DNA of 64,000 nucleotides from Desulfatiglandales bacterium (GTDB taxonomy: Bacteria > Desulfobacterota > DSM-4660 > Desulfatiglandales > HGW-15). The first letter of the stretch is position 1. Every line of letters starts with the position of its first letter. Of this stretch, positions 47,793-57,721 are shown piece after piece. A program made the translations under genes and the position numbers. The DNA lies in NCBI GenBank assembly GCA_963667015.2, contig CAXXJJ010000004.1, forward strand, positions 2,976,001 to 3,040,000, written 5' to 3'. The notes beneath the pieces were generated by a model. It was not told where the DNA came from. It saw nothing but the letters and a program-made list of their open reading frames with translations, and searched no databases.

Positions 47793-50403
47793 TATTCGTC
47801 ACCTCCCTCTAACCATGCGTTTACACAAAGTCCGGAATCATAATCATACTCCCTTTCAAAGGCCTCCGGATAATCCCTTCTCCACTGGTCCATCTCTTCC
47901 CCGCTCAGTCTTTCAACCTGTACAAGGTAGGCTGTTGTTGCCTGGCCTACCGCGTTCCTTGAAGATGTGCCGGAACCTGAGATGGTGTTTATCGCGCCGC
48001 CTCGGTCGATTTCACCGGGCTTGATCATATCGATCCTTGCCCCGTGATCCATGTATGCGACTCCTGGGCGCAGCCTTTCTGTAACATATGCACCTGCCAG
48101 GACTATTCCCCTTTCATTGAAAACCTTTACTATATCGCCGTTCCTGATACCTCTCTTTTCTGCCTCGGAAGGATGTATCCAGCAGGGCTCATACATATAT
48201 CCGTCCCATCCCCTTACCTTGCATGTAGGAGCTTCACGGGTCCATGATATATCATCAGCCTGGGCATGCACCCTCCACCTTCCGTGGTTGGACATCAGGA
48301 GAAGGGGAACATCTTTGCACGTTCACTTGAAAGTCTTTCATCATGTGTCGGCCCCTTTTCAATCCACTTTGGTACCGGCGGTCTTTCCTTGTCATGGGGG
48401 AAGTTCTTTGCCAGTGCCTCGGAATAGAACTCCAGCTTTCCGGTGGGTGTCGGCAGGGGATTTTTCTCAGGATCATCGTAGAAGGATCTTAATCCCGGAG
48501 TATCCTCTTCCCAGTCTTCAGCTACACTGTAAAGATAGTAGCCATTTTTCTTGAACTCTTTCCATGTGGTGAGTTTATCAAGATGCATGTTTTCAAACAT
48601 TTCCTTCTTCAGATCTTCATCTGTCTTGCCGCCGGTCATGGCCTTTTCCATTCCCAGCTTTTTGGCTACCTCAAGCACTACCTCAAAATTACTCTTGGAT
48701 TCTCCTACCGGTTCAATGGCCTGGTCGCACAAAGCTACATTAGGTATGGATGTTCCACCCCTGATGCTCGATACGATATCACCTACCTCCATGTGGGTAT
48801 TTGACGGAAGGATTATATCCGAGAACAGGGTATCATTCTCCATCCATGGATGCTGTGTTACAACGCACTCTATCTTGGGATTTCTGAGTGACAGCTCGGT
48901 TGCATTGCCGTTATTCCAGCATGTAGTCCTGCATGGTGTGTCACTCCAGATCATATGGATCTCTGTGCCGCCTTCTTCCTTTGGAAGAGGGTATACATAT
49001 TTCTTGAACTGATCCTCGGTTTCGACCTCAATAGCGCCTGAACCATAGAATGTCATAGGCTCATTTGCTTCGATTGCGTCATGAATATATGTCTTCGGGA
49101 TAAGCTGTTTCTGCCATGCATTGATGGTTGTAAGACTGGGGGTCCTTAACCTGTCTGCAAGATCCGGGTTCCAGAAGAATGTACCTGATAAACCGTCTGA
49201 TCTGGGCATCCCGAAATAGGTCAGCTGATGGTGGTGAACACCGGGTCCGCCAAGTCCCTGCATTCCAAGGAGACAGACCTCGAGTCTTCCGGGTTCATGG
49301 CTGAATGGTCCCCTTACATAGCCGCCACCAAAGTAGTGGGCTATTGATGTGGTTTTCTTTGCAAACTGCCTTGCCAGCGCCCTGATTGTCCATGGCGGCA
49401 CACCGCATTTGGGTGACGCCCATTCAGGGGTTTTTGGGACATCATCTTCCTCTTCACCCATGACATATGCCTTGAACTGCTCAAAGCCTACAACATGGGT
49501 TTTTACATATTTCTTATCGTATGTTCCTTCCTTTATCCACATATAGGCTATGGCAAGCTGGAGTGCCGCATCTGTATTGGGAAGGACAGGTATCCATTTA
49601 TCGGCGTGAACTGCACAGCCATAGTTTACATCAGGGCAGATATAAACCTGTTCTATACCGATATCCTTCCAGAAATATGTCAGCCGGCTCGGCATCTGGC
49701 CCGTAAATCCCCATGGTGTTGTTTCAGGGTCGCAGCCCCAGAACAAAACCATTTCAGCGTGATCGGTTGTGTCCTTTACAATATTTCCTGCCGGAAACAT
49801 ACCGCCCTGAATGCCCTGGCCCCACACATGTTTGGAACCCCAGTACCATCCTTCCCAGGAGTCAGGGTTACGAACCTGCTGTGTAAAACCACCCATCTTG
49901 TCAAGGAGAGATCCTGAATGTCCATGAGGGGTATGTATTGTCATACATTCACCATGGCCGTCACCCTGCACAAGAATACCGTTGGGGCCGTAATGTTTGT
50001 GAACCCTTCTGATTTCCGCTGCAATTATGTCGGTTGCCTCATCCCACGAGATCCTTACATATTTACTTTTGCCCCTGTTCTGAGGATTCCTTTCGCCATT
50101 TGGATCCCAGTCTACCCTTTTCATGGGGAACTTGATTCTGTTGGGGGAATAAACACGTTTTTTATAGGCCAGAGAAAAAGGTCCGGGAAGGGATTTCCAT
50201 GGCTGTTCAAGAACCTTGCCGTTTTTTTCCATCTTCCATGTCTTGACACTCTCTTTTTTGTACTTCCAGTCGTAATGGAAAGGTCGAACCCTTACAATCT
50301 TACCGTCCTTGACATCAACCACGCCCTCACTACTGCCCCCTAAAAGCCCGCCCAGACCCAGGGCTCTTATTACTGTTTTATCTTTAGTCTTCAGGGATGC
50401 CAT
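47792..50403 (-). pseudogene. Bis-MGD molybdoenzyme large subunit (transhydroxylase/resorcinol hydroxylase-like) split by a 1-bp frameshift
   Basis: DPNGERNPQ.RG, NPDSWEGW (Ser ligand); a fifth G in the G4 run at 48304-48307 would join both ORFs as ...MFPLLLMSNHGRW. Confidence 0.8.
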
Positions 50404-50737
50404 ATAAACCTCCTGTTTAAAAGATTATGATAAGACGTATATTTTAAAAACCTGTAATTTGCAACCGGCCTTTAACCGGGTTTTTTGGGAAGGAATCATT
50501 GAAATGGTTAAAAACCTCCGTAAAACGAGAGTTTAAAACGATTTTGACCCGGAAGGGTATTTTAATCAAAATCCATAAGCGAGCATCGCTTCCGAGGTTT
50601 TCAGGCCATAACAGGTGGATTCTGTGAATTCCGGATTTCAGGTTGGAACCGGCCTTTTACAGGAAAAGGTCCCTGTTTAAAGTTCACTTTAATTTACAGA
50701 GACCTTTCCTGAAACTGACCTGTTCCGGATTATACTT

Positions 50738-52960
50738 CTATTCTTTTTCTGTCAGAGCGGTTCTCCCTCCTCCCAACTGCTGTACAGTACCATATTCTTC
50801 TGTATGGAAGACATTTTCCTTTAGATCCTCCTCTGTACACGGAGAAATCTTACAGAGCAGACATGTCAGGTCCGGAGAACCATACATGGGATCGAGATGG
50901 TCGTTGCTTGTCAGGACATTCGGGTTGGAGATAAATACACCGTGGTATGTATCGGGCGGTTCTTCCGGATAAAAACAGTTTGCCGTCGCCATCAGTACTC
51001 CTTCGAGTATACCGGGGAACACACGGCATTTCTGTCTTATTTTCCCCCTGGGTGATTCTATCCAGATCCAGTCGCCATCCTTGATTCCATACTTTTCGGC
51101 TGTTTTGGGATGGATCTGACACTGGGGATATTCCATAAAGCTCCTTAACCATGGAATATTCCTGTACTGTCCCAGAAAGTAGAAAGGCTGCCTGAATCCG
51201 CTTGTCATTACAACCGGGTATTCCTTGTAAAGATCGGGGGTTGACAGCGGGCTTTCGCCGGGTTCACGATAGAGTGGCAGCGGGTCATAGCCAAGTTCTT
51301 CAAGCCTTTTGGACCAAAACTCGAATTTACCTGTTTCAGTGGGAAATCCCCCGCCCTTTTTCCAGTAATCGGTTTTGTATTTATAATAGACCTGGTCTTT
51401 TCCCCAGCACCCGCTAACAAGCTGTTCGCTGAATTTTTTCCAGTCCATGCCCTCGCCTTTCCTGACCTGATAATCCAGACAGTCTTCAACCGTATCAAAC
51501 CAGTGCTCGGGAACAACACGTTTTCCTATCTCATTAAATATCCATATATTTGATTTTGCCTCACCCTGAGGCTCAACAACCTTATTATGGGCCTCGATCA
51601 TGAATCTGGGGTGCATATCATAGACATCATCCATCTCAAGAAAGTGGGCAGAAGGAAGGACAATATCGGCCGCCTGTGCCATAGGACCCATGAACTGATC
51701 ACAATGAACCATGAACTCAACCTTTTCGATTGCCTCTACAACCTCCTTTGTATTTGCCATATGAACAACCTGCTGACCACCCACGCTCAACCACACCTTG
51801 ATGGGAGCCTCACCTGAATTAATAGCCTTAACCATGGTATCAGGATTACATGTCCTTGCAGCTCCCATCTTGTATTTATCAATACCGATAATATGGCTTC
51901 TCATCTCATCGGTAACAGGCAGTTCAAGGAAGAAATCCTCGATAAGACCTGTCTCCGGGAGGACCCAGCTTATCATACTTCCCGGGCGCTCTATGTTACC
52001 GCACATACCCATCAGACAGGTGATTGCCCTTATGGTATAACCGCAGTTTGCCTGGCGTTCAATAGAACTTCCAACCTGGATACAGCCCGGGGTATCAATG
52101 GCAAACATCCTTGCAGCCTGTATAATCTGTTCCTTTGGTATCCACGTGATCTCTGAGGCCCGCTCCGGGGTCATGGGCAGAACCCTTTCCTTTAGTTCTT
52201 CAAAGCCATATGTCCAGTTATCAACAAATTCCTTATCCCAGAGACCTTCATTGATGATAACATTCATCATGGCAAGGGCGAGTGCACTGTCAGTTCCCGG
52301 CCTTATCTGGAGGTGAAGTGTTGCCCTTGAGGCATAGGCAGTCTGTCTGGGATCGATAATAATGAGATTTTTACAGTAGTCCAGGGACTGTATAAACCAG
52401 TTGCACATTTCAGAGTCAGCACTGGATATTTCGAGCTGTTTTGCCCACATGATCTGGGTCTTGGGAAATTCTCCGCCCCATCCGTGATAATCACAATATA
52501 GCCTGCCGTATCCGGTAACCAGCCCATAAAGACCCAGCCTCGGGCTATGGCAGACATAACCGGGTGTGATGATATTGGCTGTCCCGAGAGACCTGGCCAT
52601 ACGGTGGACATAACGATTGTACCCTCTACCGGTACCCTGCGATATAGCTATTGTATGGGGCCCAAAATCCTTGATCGCTGATTTCATTTTTTCTTCGATT
52701 GTGCCAAGGGCCTCATCCCATGAAATTCTTTCCCATTTTCCGGATCCCTTTGGACCGCTTCTTTTTATGGGATATTTTAAACGGTAGGGATTATCAATGT
52801 GCTGAATACTGGACAGTCCCTTTGCACACATGGTCCCCCTTGTTAATGAATCGGGATTTCCTTCAATGTGAACAATAACACCGTCTTCGGTTGTAACCTT
52901 TACACCGCAGCCGCCATGGCAGCCTATGCAGGTTGTATAATGTATTTTTCTTTCGCCCAT
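50738..52960 (-). CDS. Bis-MGD molybdo/tungsto-enzyme, acetylene hydratase-like family
   Basis: CIGCHGGC...C FS0 cluster, PGYVCHSP (Cys ligand region), RPGTD, ADIVLP, C-terminal MGD domain; no Tat signal. Confidence 0.85.
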   Translation of the reverse strand: MGERKIHYTTCIGCHGGCGVKVTTEDGVIVHIEGNPDSLTRGTMCAKGLSSIQHIDNPYRLKYPIKRSGPKGSGKWERISWDEALGTIEEKMKSAIKDFGPHTIAISQGTGRGYNRYVHRMARSLGTANIITPGYVCHSPRLGLYGLVTGYGRLYCDYHGWGGEFPKTQIMWAKQLEISSADSEMCNWFIQSLDYCKNLIIIDPRQTAYASRATLHLQIRPGTDSALALAMMNVIINEGLWDKEFVDNWTYGFEELKERVLPMTPERASEITWIPKEQIIQAARMFAIDTPGCIQVGSSIERQANCGYTIRAITCLMGMCGNIERPGSMISWVLPETGLIEDFFLELPVTDEMRSHIIGIDKYKMGAARTCNPDTMVKAINSGEAPIKVWLSVGGQQVVHMANTKEVVEAIEKVEFMVHCDQFMGPMAQAADIVLPSAHFLEMDDVYDMHPRFMIEAHNKVVEPQGEAKSNIWIFNEIGKRVVPEHWFDTVEDCLDYQVRKGEGMDWKKFSEQLVSGCWGKDQVYYKYKTDYWKKGGGFPTETGKFEFWSKRLEELGYDPLPLYREPGESPLSTPDLYKEYPVVMTSGFRQPFYFLGQYRNIPWLRSFMEYPQCQIHPKTAEKYGIKDGDWIWIESPRGKIRQKCRVFPGILEGVLMATANCFYPEEPPDTYHGVFISNPNVLTSNDHLDPMYGSPDLTCLLCKISPCTEEDLKENVFHTEEYGTVQQLGGGRTALTEKE

Positions 52961-52987
52961 TTATTTCTCCTTTATTGTTGTTTAACC

Positions 52988-53944
52988 CTAGAATACAATG
53001 CTTTTGGGCAATATTGGTTTATAGATGCCTACTTTGAGGATGCAGTATTTCAGCGCAAAGGCGCCTGCAGTATGACCTATAATCGCGGCAACAAGAAGTA
53101 TGGTTGTCACATCCCCGGTAAACAGGCTTATAAAAGATATTACTAGTGGCATAATAATACCTAAGAGTACGATACCGAACCAGAAAACCAGTGCCACGCG
53201 ACCAACCAGGAGCTCTTTAACAGACAGCTCGGCTGTCTGAGATTGATATGAGGCATTCATCAGATAGGTACCTAGGAGTACAGCATTGACTCCCAGAACA
53301 ATCCGGCTTGCATATTCAAGACCATGAAAATCAACACCGCCGGCCAGAAGCCCTATTCCCATTACAAGGGCAAGGCCGTCTGCTATACCTGCATTTAATA
53401 TCACAATGGGAAGGATACCCGTGTTCCAGAAGGGAACACTCTTGCAGAAGCTCATCATAAAACCGCAGTAGATCCCGGTAAGGACCACAAAAAAGCCTGC
53501 AATCACCTTTAAGACGATATCGGCAACAAATACGATGGCATGAGCATCGCCGGGTGACATACCTCCCGGCCCCAGGATGTAGGATGTGAAAAGCTGTAGA
53601 AGACCGAAAATACTAAAAAATACGGTAAAAACAACTCCCCTTGCTATCCAGGATGTCCTCCAGGCCCCTGAAAAGGGAGGCATGGTCCTCCAGAACCTCA
53701 ACGGTTTTCCAAGGTAAAGAAGATGAAGAGGAAGTTTTAAGAGCATTACAATAAGGTAACCGGCAAGGGCCCCCCACCAGTTATCAACAAATATGGCAAT
53801 AAGATAAAGGCCTGTGCCAAGAGCGGAAAATACCTCGGAAAGCCATACAAGCAGTCCCTGTTTTTCAATCCACTCTTTCTGCTGCATGGGTTTAACCATC
53901 CACTCATGGGTTATCATCCATTGTCTAGAAGTTTGAGTCTGCAT
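52988..53944 (-). CDS. NrfD/PsrC-type membrane anchor
   Basis: LGKPLRFW...SWI.RG, PFWN, ~8 TM helices. Confidence 0.85.
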   Translation of the reverse strand: MQTQTSRQWMITHEWMVKPMQQKEWIEKQGLLVWLSEVFSALGTGLYLIAIFVDNWWGALAGYLIVMLLKLPLHLLYLGKPLRFWRTMPPFSGAWRTSWIARGVVFTVFFSIFGLLQLFTSYILGPGGMSPGDAHAIVFVADIVLKVIAGFFVVLTGIYCGFMMSFCKSVPFWNTGILPIVILNAGIADGLALVMGIGLLAGGVDFHGLEYASRIVLGVNAVLLGTYLMNASYQSQTAELSVKELLVGRVALVFWFGIVLLGIIMPLVISFISLFTGDVTTILLVAAIIGHTAGAFALKYCILKVGIYKPILPKSIVF

Positions 53945-53956
53945 ATATTTTCCTCC

Positions 53957-54727
53957 CTATTCTTCAACTAATCCATCGAATCGTTTTTTGGCATCGATAT
54001 CAATTGAACTCAGATGCTGCATATAGCTTCCTGTCTGGGCCTCCAGAGGAGCTTTATTGTCCTTGCCGCCTATCCTGCCGTCAACATAATAAACCGAGGG
54101 TTCGGTGCCGTATTCCGGCTGCAGGGTAAAGCCCTTCCTGTCCCTGATCAGTATTGAAACTTCGCTGTCCGGGTCATCAAGGTTGCCGAATGTCATGGCA
54201 CGTGCCTGACAGGTGTTAACACAGGCCGGCGTGGCATCCCGGTCCTTTCCGGGTATAAGGCCCTTTTCCAGGCCGGCATCTATTCGCTCGGCACAAAAAT
54301 TACATTTTTCCGTTGTCCCTACCTGGTGCGGATATAACTCTTTTCCCTTTTTTTCAAAAGCAGTAAGGCCATAACCGGGAAAATATCCGGGGTCTTTCTC
54401 CTTTGATACAAATGTACGATTCTGATAAGGACAGGCCACAACGCAGTAACGACATCCAATGCATTTATCAGGATCTATTACAACAATTCCGTCATCCCTC
54501 TGGGTCGTCGCCTCTGTGGGACATACTTTTACGCATGGAGCATCTTTACACTGGTTACACCTCACAGGAAAGGTGGTAAGCTCCGGCTTTCCACCAACAT
54601 CGGTCTCGAGGGCTAACAACCTCGGCCATGTAACATGTAAAGGAAGGAAGTGCTCAATTCTGCAGGCTGCCACGCAGGCATGGCATCTGGTACATTTTAC
54701 AAGATCTATTACCATTCCCCATCTCAT
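53957..54727 (-). CDS. 4Fe-4S four-cluster protein (NrfC/DmsB-like)
   Basis: CTRCHACVAAC, CNQCKDAPCVKVCP, CIGCRYCVVACP, KCNFC...PACVNTC. Confidence 0.92.
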   Translation of the reverse strand: MRWGMVIDLVKCTRCHACVAACRIEHFLPLHVTWPRLLALETDVGGKPELTTFPVRCNQCKDAPCVKVCPTEATTQRDDGIVVIDPDKCIGCRYCVVACPYQNRTFVSKEKDPGYFPGYGLTAFEKKGKELYPHQVGTTEKCNFCAERIDAGLEKGLIPGKDRDATPACVNTCQARAMTFGNLDDPDSEVSILIRDRKGFTLQPEYGTEPSVYYVDGRIGGKDNKAPLEAQTGSYMQHLSSIDIDAKKRFDGLVEE

Positions 54728-54948
54728 ATTAAACTCTCCTTTTCTAATATTCGACCCGGCATAATGCCTGTCGATTTTAAACCAAAATATATTAATACTT
54801 ATCAGTCTTTACCGCTATCAGTTATTAGCGTGTTAATTTCGCTTAATTTTATTTTAATTTAAGTCTACTTAGAAGGGCGATGTATTCTCAAAAAAATACT
54901 AGAAGAGTCCCAAAATGATAATGAAGGTCAGCCCAATTAAGCTATGAG

Positions 54949-55007
54949 ATTATACTTTTGAGCCTTTATGTTGTCAATTGTTAAATGTAAAAACGTATTA
55001 CATTTAA
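54949..55007 (-). promoter_or_regulatory. Perfect-consensus sigma70 promoter with adjacent dyad
   Basis: TTGACA(54977-54972)-N17-TATAAT(54954-54949); TTAAATGTAA-N7-TTACATTTAA at 54981-55007. Confidence 0.8.
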
Positions 55008-55021
55008 TTTTGCACAAAAAA

Positions 55022-55049
55022 ATCAGGTAGATTCACTTATCTACCTGAT
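55022..55049 (-). terminator. Intrinsic terminator
   Basis: ATCAGGTAGAT-N6-ATCTACCTGAT followed by a T-run on the minus strand. Confidence 0.7.
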
Positions 55050-55135
55050 ATAATTACTAAATAACTGATAAAAAATCAACCGGCATAAAGACCTTGAGTA
55101 GTATTTTTATCAAAAAAGTTCACTTTTTGTTTTGT

Positions 55136-55906
55136 CTACAATACTTTTTCCGTTTTTGGTTCGTCAGAAAGGCGGTCCATAATCATGTTTTTTATCAGTT
55201 CGCCCGCCTCATGGCTATACTGTTTTTTTCCCGATTTTCGCGAAAATGAATCAAGTAATGCGGAGAGGTATCCATCCATAAGCTGCCTCATTTTACCTTG
55301 TGACTTTCCATGTTTTTTGCCTGAATTCAATATTCCTGAAAGGGCATCATCAAGTTTCTTTGTATTTGGCAGATTTTTCGACTCGTTATCGACGGCAGGT
55401 TCATTTACGCCGGACACTGCAGCCTGAACCTGTTCATAGCTCATGGATTCCTGCACCTGAATGCTGGCGGTAAGACCTGAAAGCGATTCAAGCCCGCCGA
55501 ATTCTTCAGCTATAGCCTGCAGATCAACCATATTTCCGGAAGAAACACTTTCCATTATAGAGTCAATGGTTTTCAGGGCAGATATTATATCCTCATACTC
55601 CTGGCTGTCCAGATCGCCGGAGATGGACATGGAAAAATTACTGTGCATTCTACTTTGAAATTCATATCCCTCCGCTCTCGCGGATGAAGACCCGGAACGC
55701 AGGAGACCGCTATAGGATGTATAGCCTGACTCCATGCCTGTGTCGGTCGAAATGGTTACCCTGTCACCGTCATCGGTAACAATGGTAATATCCGCATTTT
55801 CGGTTTTTGAATAGCTGGCGGAAGTGTAATTGAACATCCCGGTGGAATAACCGCCAAAGTCATATTTGTTTAATAAATTATTGGAAAGACCATAATCGGT
55901 ATTCAT
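55136..55906 (-). CDS. Hypothetical Ser-rich protein
   Basis: I.TDDGDRVTIS and GDLD..E motifs; GGAGGAG RBS. Confidence 0.7.
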   Translation of the reverse strand: MNTDYGLSNNLLNKYDFGGYSTGMFNYTSASYSKTENADITIVTDDGDRVTISTDTGMESGYTSYSGLLRSGSSSARAEGYEFQSRMHSNFSMSISGDLDSQEYEDIISALKTIDSIMESVSSGNMVDLQAIAEEFGGLESLSGLTASIQVQESMSYEQVQAAVSGVNEPAVDNESKNLPNTKKLDDALSGILNSGKKHGKSQGKMRQLMDGYLSALLDSFSRKSGKKQYSHEAGELIKNMIMDRLSDEPKTEKVL

Positions 55907-55944
55907 CAGAAACTCTCCTCCCTGAGTAGATTCTATTAATATCT

Positions 55945-55972
55945 TTATCGGAAGGAGTAGATAAAATCTTGA
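55945..55972 (-). promoter_or_regulatory. Possible sigma28 (FliA) promoter
   Basis: TCAAG-N15-TCCGATAA on the minus strand. Confidence 0.55.
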
Positions 55973-55984
55973 ATAAATATAGTA

Positions 55985-56121
55985 ACCACGAAGGACACGA
56001 AGAGCACGAAGAAAAACAAAAACATGTCTCTCACAGAGCCCACAGAGAACGCAGAGAAAAATAAAAAAAAAGCATTGTTTGTTTTAAAACACAAAATGCT
56101 TTTCTTCGTGTCCTTCGTGGT
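55985..56121. repeat. Palindromic element built of 9-bp tandem units
   Basis: ACCACGAAGGACACGAAGA ... TCTTCGTGTCCTTCGTGGT (19-bp perfect IR); internal CACAGAG x2-3. Confidence 0.75.
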
Positions 56122-56163
56122 GATAATTCAGGCTGTTAATCTGTATCAGGAATGATCGGTATC

Positions 56164-57003
56164 TCAAAAACCTAAAAGATCTGCTGCATTTTTACCCTTG
56201 ATTTTTTCTATATTTTCCTGCGAGATCCCTTTTGACTCAATCTCCCTGAAATACCGCCCGGGCGTCAAAAGTGGATAATCGGTTCCAAAGAGGATTTTAT
56301 GAAAGCCCATGATTGATCCTGCGATTCTATAGATATCGGCATCATAAAGGTAGGGGGATGCAGCAGTATCAACCCAGACATTTTTAAGGACTTCCTTAAT
56401 CTCCTTTTTAAGAAGGGAATAAAAAAAGATTCCCCCGCCCCAGTGGGCAAGTATGATCTTATTATCAGGGTAGGTTTTTATAAAATTTTCAATCTGCTTA
56501 AGGGTTATTTCCTGTTTGCCCGGATATTGGTGCCCGATGGGCTCATTTGTGTGGATGAGAAGGGGCGCATCATGATCAAGACAAACCGCCATAACTTCAC
56601 CCAGCCTTGAGATAATATTATCGGTAAGGGGAGAGTCATAAACAGCGAGTTCCCCTACTCCCCTGAGCCCGGCATTAAAGCACCTCTCCGCTTCCTTTGC
56701 CCCGTCTGCTGAAACCGGATCAAAGCAGCTGAAACCGATAAGCCTGTCCGGCTCAGCAGATACTGCCTCGCATATATAATCATTATGCCGCCTGAAATGA
56801 TCAACTGATTTCCATGGAAATCCGAAGACTATCGATTTATCGACTCCTTCGGCATCCATGTTTTCTATCAGATTATGAAAACCCTCCATCTTTGATGACT
56901 GAGGCCCGTAAAGCATCTCAAATGCAGGCTCCTTTTCAAAAAAAGATGCCCTGCTGTCACGAAAGAAGGCAGGAAAGATATGGGTATGGGCGTCTATTAT
57001 CAT
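56164..57003 (-). CDS. Amidohydrolase_2 family protein
   Basis: IIDAHTH, GVGEL, IH, LAHWGG, DTAA, LFGTDYP. Confidence 0.92.
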   Translation of the reverse strand: MIIDAHTHIFPAFFRDSRASFFEKEPAFEMLYGPQSSKMEGFHNLIENMDAEGVDKSIVFGFPWKSVDHFRRHNDYICEAVSAEPDRLIGFSCFDPVSADGAKEAERCFNAGLRGVGELAVYDSPLTDNIISRLGEVMAVCLDHDAPLLIHTNEPIGHQYPGKQEITLKQIENFIKTYPDNKIILAHWGGGIFFYSLLKKEIKEVLKNVWVDTAASPYLYDADIYRIAGSIMGFHKILFGTDYPLLTPGRYFREIESKGISQENIEKIKGKNAADLLGF

Positions 57004-57005
57004 GA

Positions 57006-57530
57006 TTACAAAAGTAGTTCTATTGCCTTTTCGGCTTCCCCGGGTTCAAAACCCATTATGGTTTTAACAATTTTCCCTTCCCTGCTTATAACATGCATAG
57101 TCGGGATACCTATTAGTGAATTACCAAAGTAAGCCTTGCTTACCACTCCATCATCTCTCATTACATGGTACTTTATATTAAATGTTGCCATGAATTTTTT
57201 AAGCTGTTCATCATCAGCCTGGGCCATAGTGTCCATTGATACGCCAAGCAGAACAACTCCTTTGTCACTGTATCTTTTATGCAGACGAACAAGCTCGGGG
57301 ATAGACTGCATGCATGGGCCGCACCAGGTAGCCCAGAAATCAAGCAGAACCACTTTACCCTTAAAGTCCGAAAGGGTAATATTTTCACCGGTCACTGAAT
57401 CCAGGGTAAAATCCGGTGCATCTATTGCTTCGGCAGGCTCTTTCTCAGTATCTGATGAACATCCTGAAAAGGTCAGCAGCATCATTATTGATAAAATTAC
57501 AAATATTCTTAAGGTAAGATTGTATTTCAT
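57006..57530 (-). CDS. TlpA/ResA-family thioredoxin-like lipoprotein
   Basis: FSGC lipobox, APDFTL, FWATWCGPC, GIPT. Confidence 0.92.
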   Translation of the reverse strand: MKYNLTLRIFVILSIMMLLTFSGCSSDTEKEPAEAIDAPDFTLDSVTGENITLSDFKGKVVLLDFWATWCGPCMQSIPELVRLHKRYSDKGVVLLGVSMDTMAQADDEQLKKFMATFNIKYHVMRDDGVVSKAYFGNSLIGIPTMHVISREGKIVKTIMGFEPGEAEKAIELLL

Positions 57531-57721
57531 TTTTTCTCCCTGGAGATGTAATATTCAGGCAACCGGCCTTCAGTAAACGTCTTCGGTTTTTTAAACCTTT
57601 ATACAGAAAAAATTTATCCGGAAACTAGTACTTTATACATAACTAATATTCTACTATAATACTAAATAAAATTTTTTCATCATATATGGAATATTTTCTT
57701 AAAAATATTTATGAGGCAAAA

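Noticed and set aside
48295..48300. Selenocysteine readthrough of TGA in the molybdoenzyme
   Set aside because: The continuation is in a different frame; explained by a 1-bp indel.
54780..54900. Fluoride or Moco riboswitch
   Set aside because: GGCGATG is on the wrong strand and lacks its pairing partner; Moco consensus elements not recognisable.
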